From assembly GCA_951406725.2 (NCBI GenBank), contig OX597831.1, positions 12,586,001 to 12,650,000 of the forward strand: a stretch of 64,000 nucleotides of DNA, written 5' to 3'. The notes below the pieces were generated by a model. The model searched no databases and was not told the DNA's origin. It saw only the letters and a list, made by a program, of their open reading frames with translations. The stretch is from Octopus vulgaris. Its lineage: Eukaryota. Position numbers and translations under genes: made by a program. Every line of letters begins with the position of its first letter. Position 1 is the first letter of the stretch. Below are positions 28,981-42,003 of this stretch, one piece after another.

Positions 28981-31919
28981 ATCTGTTAATGCAAGCAATA
29001 AAGATAAGTCCTTCCTGATGATTTAAGCCAAACAAGGTGACAGTAAATTAAGCTAAAAATAGTAATCTAAGTTAAACTAGACCTTATTGCCACTCCTATT
29101 TAAATACCATAAATCACAAGAGGAAAAAAAATTGCATTAAAAATCCCAGAATGTTGAGAGAAAGAAGGGGGAACAGGGTGAGAGAGAAGGTGGGATTAGT
29201 GGGGGTGAGGTGGGGGAGACAGACAGATGCAGAAAAAGAGAAAGTAGAAAGAAAAGACTTCATTTTATGTTTTTAATTACAATTATCTTCTTAACAAGAG
29301 ATAGATGATGAGAGTTTATCTTTCTGAAAATATTGAATCAATAAAGCTATATAGGTAAGATTGTATATAGTGGAGAAAATTCCTGTTCTCCCCATGGCAT
29401 ACAAACTTACTGAACACACCATGAACCTAACTGTATAATTTTGACCATCATACACAACTCAAATACTCCCTACTTAAAAGGAGGAGCCATTTCCTTTTGT
29501 ACCCACCCCAACTTGTCTGCCCTGCACATTACTCAGCAATTTTACAACCAGTAGCACAAGAAAAAAGACACTGTAAAGTGGTTGGCATTACATAGGGTAT
29601 CCAGCCACAGAAACCATGCCAAATAAGTCATGATATTGGAGCTTAATGTGGCCTTGCAGCTCACTAGATCCTGTCAAAACATCCAAACCATGCAAGCAGT
29701 GAAAGTTAAATGATGATGATGATGCCATTATCATCAATTTCCTCAGATTTTTTTTTTACTTGAGTGGGGAACATATAAATCTATCAGCTCATACCTGTTG
29801 CAGTTATTTAATTGTGTTTTTGTTTATGAGTCTTAAACCTACAAGACTCATTCCACCAGACTATTCAGAGTATATCTCAGAACTATGAAAATTTTAAACT
29901 TTCCAGCCCACCAAAATCAATCACAAATCATCCTAGTATGTATATCTTTTCCTAAAATATCATATCTTATAAATGCATTATAAGATCACAAGATATCATT
30001 CATAATACAATCACATACATGGTATGAATATATCCAAAAATACACAAGTATTTTGTAAAAGAGTAAGTTTAATACTTCAGGGACGTTTAGTTGAATGCTG
30101 TCTCCTTATTTAGCCTTGAGGATGGAATTTTATAGAGGAACTACTCATGTTCTTGGGTTACAGGTGTAATCTGTTGCCTGGTTTAACATTGCTACTGAAC
30201 CTTTTAGTTTAATCCACTTGCAAATATTTGGGCCAAGTTTCAAATCTAAAGGTGACTTCCTCTTGCGATCCTATCAGTCTCAGAGACTTTGAAAAGGCTC
30301 AGAGGCAGTATTCTTTCTCATTTGAGTACATAATAAAAGTTTAAAAGAAAAGGTAGTTTTGTTTTTAATAGTTGTTTTTAAGGAGTAAAATAACTTTGGT
30401 TAGAAAATCTATCAAAGCCATAAACATGGAAAAACATTAGAACAAGAGATAGTTACTGTAGTAAATATTTTATATGGAAAAACCCAGTCGTAGAGAACCT
30501 ATTTTGAGTCTTTAACAAAGTCCTTGACAATAGCACAGATCCAAGCCAGTGAAGAGAAAACATTATCATACAAGCAAAAAAAAAAAAAAAAATCAAATCA
30601 TGTATGTCAACTTCTTAATTGCATCCAACCACAGTCAAGACAACTGTGACCCTTCAGAAAATGTAGAGAATGTGAAGAACAGATTTTTCTTTCTGAGAGG
30701 AAGCACTGAAGGTTATCAAAAACAATTAACCTTAACAGTGACATTTGTAAAATTTAGCAAAAGATTTTATTTTTTCAAACTATGAAGTACATGCAAGAAT
30801 GGTCTCTTTAAATAGTCACTTGACCTGCTAAATATAACAACCAAATTTCCCTTGACTCATCAGAACAGAGCTGGGGCAAAACAACAACCTACAAAGCATC
30901 AATGACAGCCTAATGGTCATACAAAACCAGTGGAACATCTTAGCAACAGCATTTCTTAAGAATAATGGAATAAGCATGATAGAACCATTTCAATCAAAGT
31001 ATAATGATATCTTATTCACATTTATGCAAAACCTTCAGATAATGTGAATTTTCATGTAATTGGAGTTCATGGTTGTTAAAACTGATCCCCTGTACACGCA
31101 TCAGTTAAATACATAAGCAAGAGGTATAATTATCATCATCAATATTTAGTGTTTGCTTTCCATGCTAGCATGGGTTGGGTGGTTTGACTGAAATTGGTAA
31201 GCTGGGTGGCTGTAACAGATTCCAATCTACCAACCGCTTCAATGTTAAAATAAAAGTTAACAATATTAGAAGTCTGGGTTAAAACTGTTAGACACAATGA
31301 TTGTTTTAGTGATGTAACTGTAAGGGGACGAAGCTTGGAAAATAAAAAAGAAAAATGGTTAAGCAAAGGACTCCTTTCACTACCAGTTATAAAAGACATG
31401 CTAAACCAACAAAGGAACCTCTACGTAGCCTCTAAACCTGCATCTTAATTGCCTTTAACTCATATCTTGCATTTAGATTTCCATCACTTCACACCATTTA
31501 TCTTCTTAAAAGTAAAATAACAAGGAATATGTTAGATAATATAATCCCAAGAAATCCAGGAGGGTTATGACCAGAATGCCTTTGATCACAGGTAAGCTTG
31601 AATAGGGCTAACCTAGGGTTCAACAGATATAACAACACTGGATTAATGATGGATGTACAATGACTGGACAAATGAAAATATAATGGAATATGTGAGCTGT
31701 GCCTAAATGATAGAAAACTTTATATAATATACTGAGTCAGTAACTACAGTAGAATGACTGGTAAGTCCATTCTTTACATACCATTCACACAAGGACCAAG
31801 ACCCAGTCACTGAGAGAAAGGTGAACAAATCGTTTCATAAGAATGGTTGATGCAGAGGAAACAATGGAGTGAAAATTCTTTTTTTTTTTTTGTTTTCTTT
31901 CTTCAAATTCTAGCCACAT

Positions 31920-31962
31920 AGACTGACTGACTGACTGACTGACTGACTGACTGACTGACTGA
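31920..31962. repeat. (GACT)n tetranucleotide microsatellite
   Basis: Directly visible. Confidence 0.95.
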
Positions 31963-32888
31963 ATAACATAATATAACAGGAAAATTAAGTTCTTATATAG
32001 AACTAAAAATAGAGTTATATTCAAAGAGACATTATTAGACAATAGGATAAAAGCTGTTTAGTAAGAAACATTAAATAGAACTTATATGAATAATATACTA
32101 TTTGAAGGCTTCACCTAGAGGTAGAAATTTACTGTTCCATTTTAATGTAAAAGATTGAATAGTTATAGAATTGTACTCTATTATTAAGTCAGGAATTCAT
32201 GTATTATCACTTTTGGCAGAAGCAGCAGAAAAATCAACTAAATTCCTTGTGGTAGTTTGTTACACTCTTTTCTGCGATAAGTTCAAATTGTACTGAGAAT
32301 GACTTCGCCTGTCATCTTTAAGGTTGATGAAATAATATCAATCAGGTGTTGTGATCGATTACATTGATTGTATCTGTCCCCCAAATTTCTAGTCTCGTGC
32401 TAATTCTATAAATAGCAACCAAATTCTTCATATAACAAGCTACTATGTTAAAACAACAACAAACAAAAAGGCATATTCAATAAGTTATTCCCAGAAACTC
32501 AGTCTGACAGAACAGACAGGACGGCCAAACTCAAATGCTATTGATTATAGATGTACTTAACACTTTTGATGGCACAGGCCTAAGAATGCTCCTGTTTCTA
32601 ACATCTTATAAACCTCATGTTTTAAAATGATCTAAATTAAAATATCCTATAAAAATTTCATGTTAATATTAATTCTAAACATAAGCTTAATAACAACAAA
32701 ATTATTTTATTAAATTCATTATTTAAAAAAAGTTTTTGAAATGAAGGCAGTGTATGTCATCAAAAATATGGTAATGAAAGCATTTAAAAAAAAAGGATTG
32801 ATAAGATAAGATGTTCCCAGATATGCTATACCTGACAAAACAGATAGGATGATTATGCTTCAATACTTTTGTTTATAAATATGCTTAA

Positions 32889-33106
32889 CCCTTTTGATAC
32901 CAACCCACTTGAAACTGCCTCTGGCTCTCTAGTCCAAATGTCTTATTTTAAAAAGTTCTGAATTAAAATCTCCCACCAAATCTTAGTCACTATTTATGTT
33001 CCTAGAAGTAGCTTAATGATAAGTTATTTTACTAAATTCTTTGTTATATATAAAAGTAATTGAAAGAAACACAGAGTATCACGACAGAAATATGTTAATG
33101 AATGGG
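32889..33106. mobile_element. piggyBac-type MITE, best-preserved copy
   Basis: TTAA|CCCTTTTGATACC ... AATGAATGGG|TTAA. Further degenerate copies lie nearby (about 32577-32785 and 33195-33540) and at about 17690, 43245 and 53980. Confidence 0.7.
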
Positions 33107-33723
33107 TTAAACTAAAACTGACCTAAGAATAAACAACAAAAGCTGAACTGTTTTGTGATTAGCTATCAAATGAAAGACATATTACAGATTGTTCCTTTTG
33201 TTACCATAACAAGAATTTAACAAAATAACTTGATTATTATTTAAGCCAATGTTTGGGACACTAACATGAAATTTTAATGAAAAGTTTTAATCTGTATCAT
33301 TTTAAAACAAGGAGTTTGTATCATAGAATCAAGTCTGGGGATGGGTTACCAAAAGTCTTAAACTAAATTTGAAAATAGTAAACAATTGAGAGAGATTTAG
33401 TAAAATAAATACTGATGAACATAGCAAAAGGTTGATACATAAAATTACGACAGAAGATTTAATTCTGAATACTTTGGACAAGGTGGGTTTGCATAATAAA
33501 CCATGAAGTATTTTGGATAGGTGGTTGCCAAAAGGGTTAAACAGCCTCAATTATAGAAATTCTAAACAATCATAGGTTTTATAACTCCAAAATTATATAA
33601 ATGAAAATGCAATTTATGAGAAAAAATTATCTACAATTCATGAAGAAAAAATTATCAAGCTTCAATGATATTCCATTTAAATTTACAAATAAAATTCTTA
33701 ACAATTTCTTTTCAATATGTGAG

Positions 33724-33724
<1 letters not shown>

Positions 33725-33760
<36 letters not shown>

Positions 33761-33807
33761 AACATATGCACACACATATATACATACATATATATATACA
33801 TACACAC

Positions 33808-33838
<31 letters not shown>

Positions 33839-34393
33839 TACATATATATGCATATACATATATAAATACATATATATATACATACATACATATACATACA
33901 ATGAAGCAGCAACCAGAGCCCCTTTGTGCCAGTGGTCCTACAAAGGAACGGAGCCCTCACCCCATTGGACAACTACAGGAAAAAAGTTCTCACCACAAGA
34001 AAAGGAAGGAGGGAACACAAACACAAGCATAAAAATAGAAAGGAAGAAAAAGGAAAAGGCAAAAATGATACAACCAAAACCAAAACCTCAACCCACCAGA
34101 CTAAAAACAGAAAACCCCATGGAGTATTCAATGCCATCCAAAACCCTACAGGAAAGAAGAAATTTGAAAGGTACTCAAAAACATGCAAATTTTACCTGCA
34201 AGGCAAATGTTAGCATGGGGAAGACAGCAAAAACTGCTGCTTTGCCCACCCAACACCCCACCAAAACTACAGGGGCCTTAAGGAGAAAAACTTCCCAGAG
34301 GGAAGACAACAAATGTCTCTTCCTGTCATACTCAAATTCGGTATGTGACACTCTAATTGTATACATAAGACAACATAATATGGTCATATATAT

Positions 34394-34426
<33 letters not shown>

Positions 34427-34503
34427 CACATATATACACATATATATATATATACACACACACATATATATATACACATGTATATATACACACTTATATA
34501 TAT

Positions 34504-34542
<39 letters not shown>

Positions 34543-35367
34543 CACATACATACATATATATATATACACACATATATATACATATATATATACATACATA
34601 TACATATATACATACATATACATATATATATATACATACATATACATCATCATCATCATCGTTTAATGTCCACTTTCCATGCTAGCATGGGTTGGACGGT
34701 TCAACTGGGGTCTGGGAAGCCAGAAGGCTGCACCAGGCCCAGTCTGATCTGGCAGTGTTTCTACAGCTGGATGCCCTTCCTAATGCCAACCACTCCGTGA
34801 GTGTACTGGGCGCTTTTTACGTGCCACCAGCACAGGTGCCAGACGAGGCTGGCAAACGGAGGTCAGACGAAGCTGGCAATGGCCACGGTAGGATGGTGCT
34901 TTTTACATGTCACCGGCACAGAAGCCAGTCAGGACGGCGCTGGCTACGGCCACATTCGGATGGTTCTTTTACGTGCCACCGGCACCGGTATCACTGCTAC
35001 AAATTCCACTGATGTTGATAGATTACGATTTTGATTTTGATTTTCACTTGCCTCAATAGGTCTTCACAAGTGGAGTTTTGTGTCCCAAGAAGGAAAGGAA
35101 CGCATAAGTGGGCTGGCTACATCCCAGGTAGAGGCCATGGGATTATGGCCTCACCTGTCCTGCCGGGTATATATACATGTATATATATACATGTATATAT
35201 ACATACATATATATATATACATACATACATATATACATACATATACATATATATACATACATATACATATATATATACATACATATACATATATATATAC
35301 ATACATATACATATATATATACATATATATACATATATATATACATACATATATATATATACATACA

Positions 35368-35405
<38 letters not shown>

Positions 35406-35870
35406 ACTTAGAATAACTTAGAAAGGTTTTGGCCAGTATTGGCCCAGGCCATGTCTAACTTAATAGCACCACCTGGTGAAGTCTTTCAATTCAGGATTTG
35501 AAAGACTTTGCCATATATATATATACATATATACATATACACATATATATATATCATATATACACATATATACATATACATATATACATATACATATATA
35601 CATATACATATACATATATATATATACATATACATACATACATACATATATATATACATACATATATACATATATATACATACATATATACATATATATA
35701 CATACATATATATATATACATATATACATACATATATACATACATATATACATACATATATACACATATATACATACATATACATACATTTATATACATA
35801 TATACATACATATACATACATATATATATATATACGCATATATATTCATACACACACACACACATATATA
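33725..35870. repeat. Interrupted (TA)/(TACA) low-complexity field
   Basis: Tracts at about 33725-33900, 34385-34645, 35168-35405 and 35512-35870; these explain the many Y/I/H/T-rich ORFs. Confidence 0.9.
34646..35168 (-). mobile_element. 5'-truncated RTE-clade LINE 3' region with (GAT)n tail
   Basis: Minus strand ends CCCATGCTAGCATGGAAAGTGGACATTAAACGATGATGATG and contains internal GTGGCACGTAAAAAGCACCATCC repeats. It is homologous to the tail joined to RTE coding sequence at 45830. Confidence 0.65.
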
Positions 35871-38070
35871 TAAAGTTAAATCAAATAGCGGTTCTAACAA
35901 ATTTCAATGAGATCTTTGTAAATAATAAATCATTTTTGTTATGCTTCATCAATTTCATATTCTTCATACTTCAAATTTTTCAAAAACTCTTTGATAAATG
36001 AATTTGAAATATAATTCTACAACCATAGTCGTCAAAACCCTACAAGATCTATACATCTTCAGTCATTTCCTTTGTGAGATAAGAAAAAAGTAAAAGAACA
36101 ACATATAGTGGAGCGTGTGAAAGCACACGAAAGAAGTGATTTTGAAAATAAGACAACAGCTGGTTTATCCTCTAGGCTCCAAATTTATGGAATAGAAGTA
36201 ACTGGATTTTGTAATGCCCTTGTTTTTCCTTCAAATACTATTTGTATACTAGGTTACGACCATGAACTGAAAATGAGGGTCAGACCATTTACCAAAAGCT
36301 ACCACTTTTATAAAATAGAGGTCTCTACTTTTGGCATAAAGTCACAATTTTGTAGAAAGAGTAAAATAAAATGGTTATCCAACCCAAGTATCTTACTGAC
36401 AGCTTTTTTATCACTCCAGCCACTTAGAAGATATATATATATATATATACATATGGTGTTAGGAAGGGCATCCAGCTGTAGAAACTCTGCCAGATCAAGA
36501 TTGAGGCCTGGTGCAGTCATCTGGTTCGCCAGCTCTCAGTCAAATCGTCCAACCCATGCTAGCATGGAAAGTGGATGTTAAACGATGATGATGACATACA
36601 TACAAAAAGACATATATATATATACACACATTTATATAGGCACAAGCAAAGCTTTATAGTTGAGACCACATGGTTGAGAACCAGGAGTCCACATGTTTCT
36701 GTTCCACTGCATGGCACATGGGGCAAGTGTTTTCTACTATGGCCCCAGAATAACCGTATTTGAATATGTTTGACGTGTACCCTTGTCTCAACATCACATA
36801 GTGTTTATAAATGAGCATCACTGTCATACAATTGATGATGTTTATTTCAGGTCTTTTGTAAAAAAAAAAAAAAATGTCTGGCCATGGGGAAAAATTGCTT
36901 TGCTTCGAAACAGTTGAGGGTCGGCAAAAGGAAGGATATCTGACGATACAAAATCTGACACAGTGAATTCTGTCTCATTTCATTTTCTCTCAATATATCT
37001 TAGCCAGCTAGCAGTTATCATTTCCTCAAGTATTTTCAAAGAGTTTAAAAATACATATAAGTTGTTTCAGTCTTCCTGGTTGACTATTATACAAAAGCTT
37101 AACTTTTATATTTCTACATTTAACTTAACAAAATACTGGCATGAACAATTTTTCTACATAAATTACCTAACTTCTGTAAAACATGAAAAGATACACTTTT
37201 TTTTTTGTTTGTTTCTATTTCCCATAACATAAATTATTTCACTGACTTATGTATGTGCTTTATCATATGCACATTTATGTAAACTTAGCCTTCATTGATA
37301 CTGTAAATTAAGATCCGTTACATTCCATGCTGAATTATATCTTAATTTAACCTTCGTCGTTGTTCAACAAGCTGTGAAATTATTAATGCTTTTATTCTAC
37401 TAACAAGAAAGGAAGAGGTCTATTTCCTGTTATTACGTAGGAAAAAAGTGAAAAAAGCCATATAAATGTATCATGTTTATCCATAATTTTCTACAATTAC
37501 AACACTGTTTGAACAGGTCTACAATTAGTGTTGCAGCATTTGAAAAGGTTTACACATAAACGAAAAAAATACACACACACACAATATATTATTATATTAT
37601 AAATATATATATCATATACAAAGGAGCATGAAACCTCACTGAAAACCTCTGAGATGATGCAATGAATGTCTCCTAGTATGAAAATAGTAAAAAATGTCAG
37701 ACTGCTGGATTTAATATTTGTCATATATATCTGGTAAAATGTAGCAAGGACTCCCTTGAATAAAGAGATCCTTGTAGCTGCATGATAAACATCCCATAAA
37801 GTGTGTATTTCACCCACAGTGATGAATTTCTGATATGGTGTTTGTACTTCAACATTTGCAGGATAAGGTCTTGTATATCCCCCTTCTTCAATTTGACTAA
37901 AATTTTGTACAACATTAGCTAAACTGAATTATGGCATAACATTCAAACAGCATACACCTCTGTTTATGTGTTTCTATAAAAACTGTCAATAAACCACCTC
38001 AAACATTCTCTGGTAAGATTAGATGGTGGTGAATACTGAGGCCCGCCAGTATATATATATACATACATAG

Positions 38071-38470
38071 GTGCAGGCATGACTGTGTGGTAAGAAGCTT
38101 CCTTCCCAAAAACATGGTCCTGGGTTCTGATACACTGCATGCCACTTTGGGCAAGTGTTTTCTATTACAGCCTCTCGAATGAATTTGGTAGATGGAAACT
38201 GAAAGAAGTCTATCATATATATATGTATACCTGTGTGTGTGTGTATGTGTGTGTATTTGGGTCTGTCCCCCATCACCACTTGACAACCAGTGTTGGTGTG
38301 TTTATGCCCCTGTAACTTAGTAGTTCAGCAAAAGAGACTGGTAGAATAAGTACTAGGCTTAAAAAATAAGTCCTGGGGTCGATTTGTTTGACTAAAATCC
38401 CTGAAGGTGGTGCTCGAGCAAGGCATGGCTGCAGTCAAGTGACTGAAACAAGTAAAAGAATAAAAGAATA
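38071..38470 (+). mobile_element. Octopus-type tRNA-SINE, near full length
   Basis: Head GTGTGGTAAGAAGCTT...GGGTTCTGATACACTG, then CTTTGGGCAAGTGTTTTCTA, an internal (TA)/(TG) tract and the tail GACTGAAACAAGTAAAAGAATAAAAGA. Confidence 0.8.
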
Positions 38471-38509
38471 TATGTGTGAGTGTGTATGTGTGTGTGTGTG
38501 TGTGTGTGT

Positions 38510-38800
38510 GGGCATATGGCTTAGTGGTTATGGTATTACATTCACAATCTCTAGGTCATAGGTTTGATTTTTGAACTGAGGGGTGAGTTGTGTTCTTGAG
38601 CAAAACAACTTCATTTCAGATTGTTCTACTCTACCCAGCTGTAAATGAATCAACCCTGCGATGGAGTAGCCTTCTGATCAGGGAGAATGTTGGCCTTCTC
38701 ATCTAACCAGCGAGGTGGCATCATTTTATAACTAAAGCAATGTGAAGCACATTGTGACTAGCAAAGTATAACAACATCCAGCAGTCTGGTTGATACTGTG
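38510..38800 (+). mobile_element. tRNA-SINE with a CORE/V-like domain
   Basis: TGGCTTAGTGGTTA A-box and TGTGTTCTTGAGCAAAAC; the 3' part is shared with 16910-17210. Confidence 0.7.
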
Positions 38801-38964
38801 GTATATAATAGAATAAAAGGATAGACAGGGTCAGATTATGATGTTTATATTTTTATACAACACATAGGGTGAGACGAATGAATAAAGGAACATGAAGCAT
38901 AAAACAACAATATCCACAAAGAGATATTCATGATGGTGGCAAGATACACTAGTATATTTCAGGA

Positions 38965-39345
38965 GTGGAGGCACAATGGCCCAGTGGTTAGGGCAGCAGA
39001 CTCATGGTCATGGGATCGTCAATTCGATTCCCAGACTGGGCATTGTGAGTGTTTATTGAGCGAAAACACCTAAAGCTCCACAAGGCTCCAGCAGGGGATG
39101 GTACCGAACTCTGCTGTACTCTTTCACCACAACTTTCTCTCACTCTTTCATCCTGTTTCTGTTGTACCTATATATCAAGGGGCCAGCCTTGTCACACACT
39201 GTGTCATGTTAAGTCTCCCTGAGGACTACATTAAGGGTACATGTGTCTGTGAAGAGCTCAGCCACTTACACATTAATTTCACGAGTAAGCTGTTCCGTTG
39301 ATCAGATCAACTGGAAACCTCGTCATCATAACTGACGGAGGGCCA
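38965..39345 (+). mobile_element. tRNA-derived SINE, additional family
   Basis: TGGCCCAGTGGTTAGGGCAGCAGACTC...ATTCGATTCCCAGAC gives the A and B boxes. The flanks share an imperfect ATGGTGGC...TTCAGGA repeat. Confidence 0.7.
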
Positions 39346-39373
39346 TGGTGGCGATACTTCAGGAATATATATA

Positions 39374-39927
39374 CAGGGTGTTGAAAAAGTCTCTCTGCAG
39401 TGAATTGTTTGATGACACCATCAACACTGAGAGATATTGCTCAGATATTGTCCATCCATTTGTAGGCCAACTCACTGAAAGTGAAATTAATAATGCATAC
39501 TTTCAGCAAGATGGAGCTACAGTACATACTTCGTGCTACTTCAAGAGTTTTTCGGTGATCAGATTATTCCAAGAGGACTTTGGCCACCAAGATCACCTGA
39601 TTTAACACCACCAGACTTTTTTTTTTCTGGGGAGCAAGTAAAGGATCAGTGTACAAAAATTTCCCAAAAACCATTAATGAGCTAAAAGAAGCAATCATAA
39701 TCTTCCCATGGTCCATACCATGTCAGATTCTCCAAGATGTATTTCAAAATATGTGTAGAAGAGTCAGCTTATGTATTGAAAATGTAGGACAACACTTTCA
39801 ACACCTCTTATGAAGTTTCTTTAAAGTCTTGTAAAGTCTAAAATATTCTTTTGTAATCTTATACCATCTTATAAATATTTATTTTGTAATAAAACACTTA
39901 CTGCGGAGAGACTTTCTGAACACCCTG
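39374..39927 (+). mobile_element. Internally deleted Tc1/mariner (ITm, DD37D/DD41D-like) DNA transposon
   Basis: 28-bp TIRs (CAGGGTGTTGAAAAAGTCTCTCTGCAGT versus CAGGGTGTTCAGAAAGTCTCTCCGCAGT) with TA on both sides. The transposase remnant reads YFQQDGATVHT, WPPRSPDLTPPDFF and GQHFQHLL*, with frameshifts. Confidence 0.92.
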
Positions 39928-40679
39928 TATGAGGTAAGTTCATAGTATGATATACTATAGTTGAACATGTAAATGCATGTCATCACAGGTAAAACAGTAA
40001 AACTATAAAAGAAAGTGTGCAGATACACACACACGACTGTTAAGTCCTAACAGAGCAGAGGTGCTCCACTCATGAGCAATACCTCTATCTATGGTTATCT
40101 AGGGCGATATTAATCAAAGTATCCCCTGGTGAGATTTGAACAACTGTGTAAAGGTTCTCTCATAAGTTCATTAGAAAAATGGTTAGAATCTTGTTTTACT
40201 ATACATAATAAACTATATATAACTTCATAATGTTGTTTTATTTCTATATTAACACTTAAATAATCCAGCATAGAGAAATGAAGCAGATGAAGATAAAGAT
40301 TCCATCAGCCTAACAAACAACCATGATCGTATTATCCCACAAGGGTAGTTGGACTTTCTATTTTAGTTTTAATGAAATTGATGATAACTGAAGATAATAA
40401 AGGTTCAGTGTGAAAGACAAACATAAAGAGGAAATTCAAGATTATCCATTCAACCATTGAAATGTTAAAAAAACCATTGAAGCAGAAAATTTCATTGTTT
40501 CATTTCTATTCTTTTGTTTTTCCAAAGAAGGAAAGAAAGAAAAAAGATTCTTTCAATCAAATATTTAAATATAGGATCAAGTCTTTCTTTACGTAGATAA
40601 ATAAACAAAAGATTTTAATGATGGTTTCTTGAAAACGGTGAAAAGAAATTAAGAGGAAACCTAAACTTTGCAAAAATGG

Positions 40680-41780
40680 GACAGTAGTAATTTCTGAGTT
40701 CAAATCTCACCAGTTAATTACTGGGGTTGATATAATCAACTATAAACACATCTAAAATTTAGGGTCTTGCAAGCAATTATTATTATTACTGTTAGGCAGT
40801 AGATCAGCAGAATTGTTTTTATGTCAGAAGACAAAATAACCTGAAATTTTTTACCTAGCTCTATGTTTTGAGCTCAAGTCCTAACAGGCCTGACTTTGCA
40901 TCAGATCCTTCTAGAGTCAATAACATAAAGTATCAACCAAATACTCGGTCAATTTAATTCACTTAAACCCTATGACCCCTCACTCCAATGACATGCTCTT
41001 GTATGAATTGGCAGAATTGTTAGCACACTGGGCAAAATGTTTTGTGGCATTTAAAAATGGATGCATCTTTAAATTCTGAGTTCAAATTCCGCTGAGATTA
41101 ACTTTGTCTTTCATCCTTTCGGGGTCAATAAAATGAGTACCAGTTGAGCACTGGTTTCAATGTAATCAACTATACCCCTCCCCCAAATTTCAGGCCTTTG
41201 TGCTTATAGTAGAAAGGATTATTATTAAGGCAACAAACTGACAGAATTGTGAGGGTTTGGGGCGAAAAGCTTAGCAGCATTTCTTCCGGCTTTATTTGTT
41301 CTGAGTTTTCGTTCTTTTGGGGGTCTATAAATTAAATTAATAGGAAAGTGATAGAATCGATGTAATTGACTAACCCACTCCTGTTAAAATTACTGCCCTT
41401 ATCCCAAACTTTGAAACATTATTATTATTATGGTTAGTTCAAGTTGCTTGAAGTTCAAATTCACTTTTAATCCTTCTGGGTTTCAATAAAATGAAATACC
41501 AGTCAAGTACTGTAGTCAATTTAACTGAATAAACCATCGTCTAATTTTTTGATCGTGTGCTTAACATCAGAAATTGATTTAGCCTCTTATCCTTCCAGGG
41601 TTGATAAAATAAGTACCAGGTAAGAACTGGTGTCAATTTAATCAACTAACCCCATCCCTGCTTGTGCCAAAATTTGAAATTATTATTGCAGCGAGTTGAA
41701 ATTGTACCAACGTCAACTTTGCTTTTAATCTTTCTTTACATCCTAAAACAAAGTACCAGTCAAGTACTGTATATGAAGTG
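40680..41780 (+). mobile_element. Cluster of Nin/Deu-like tRNA-SINE copies in plus orientation
   Basis: Repeated CTGAGTTCAAAT...TTTCATCCTTTCGGGGTCAATAAAATGAGTACCAG units; the best copy is about 41005-41225. Confidence 0.75.
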
Positions 41781-41785
41781 ATATT

Positions 41786-42003
41786 CAGTAATCCCCCCAT
41801 TATCATGGGTGTCCCGTTCCAAAACCTCCCCCCATAGTTGACAATCTGCAAAGCAGAAACAATACTATATATATTTTTTTATTATTTTTATAATTTATAT
41901 ATATTTATTTTATTATAAATGCAAAACAACACCACAGAGGAATCAATGTAAGCTTAAATGATAAACCACAATAGGTGAACCATGATATGGTGAGGGATTA
42001 CTG
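41786..42003. mobile_element. pogo/Tigger-type MITE
   Basis: TIRs CAGTAATCCCCCCATTATCATGG and CAGTAATCCCTCACCATATCATGG around an AT-rich core; the TA duplication is degenerate. Confidence 0.65.

Noticed and set aside
33601-36001. Many overlapping ORFs, including one of 253 aa
   Set aside because: They are open only because of TA/TACA low complexity and repeat sequence, and have no protein-like character.
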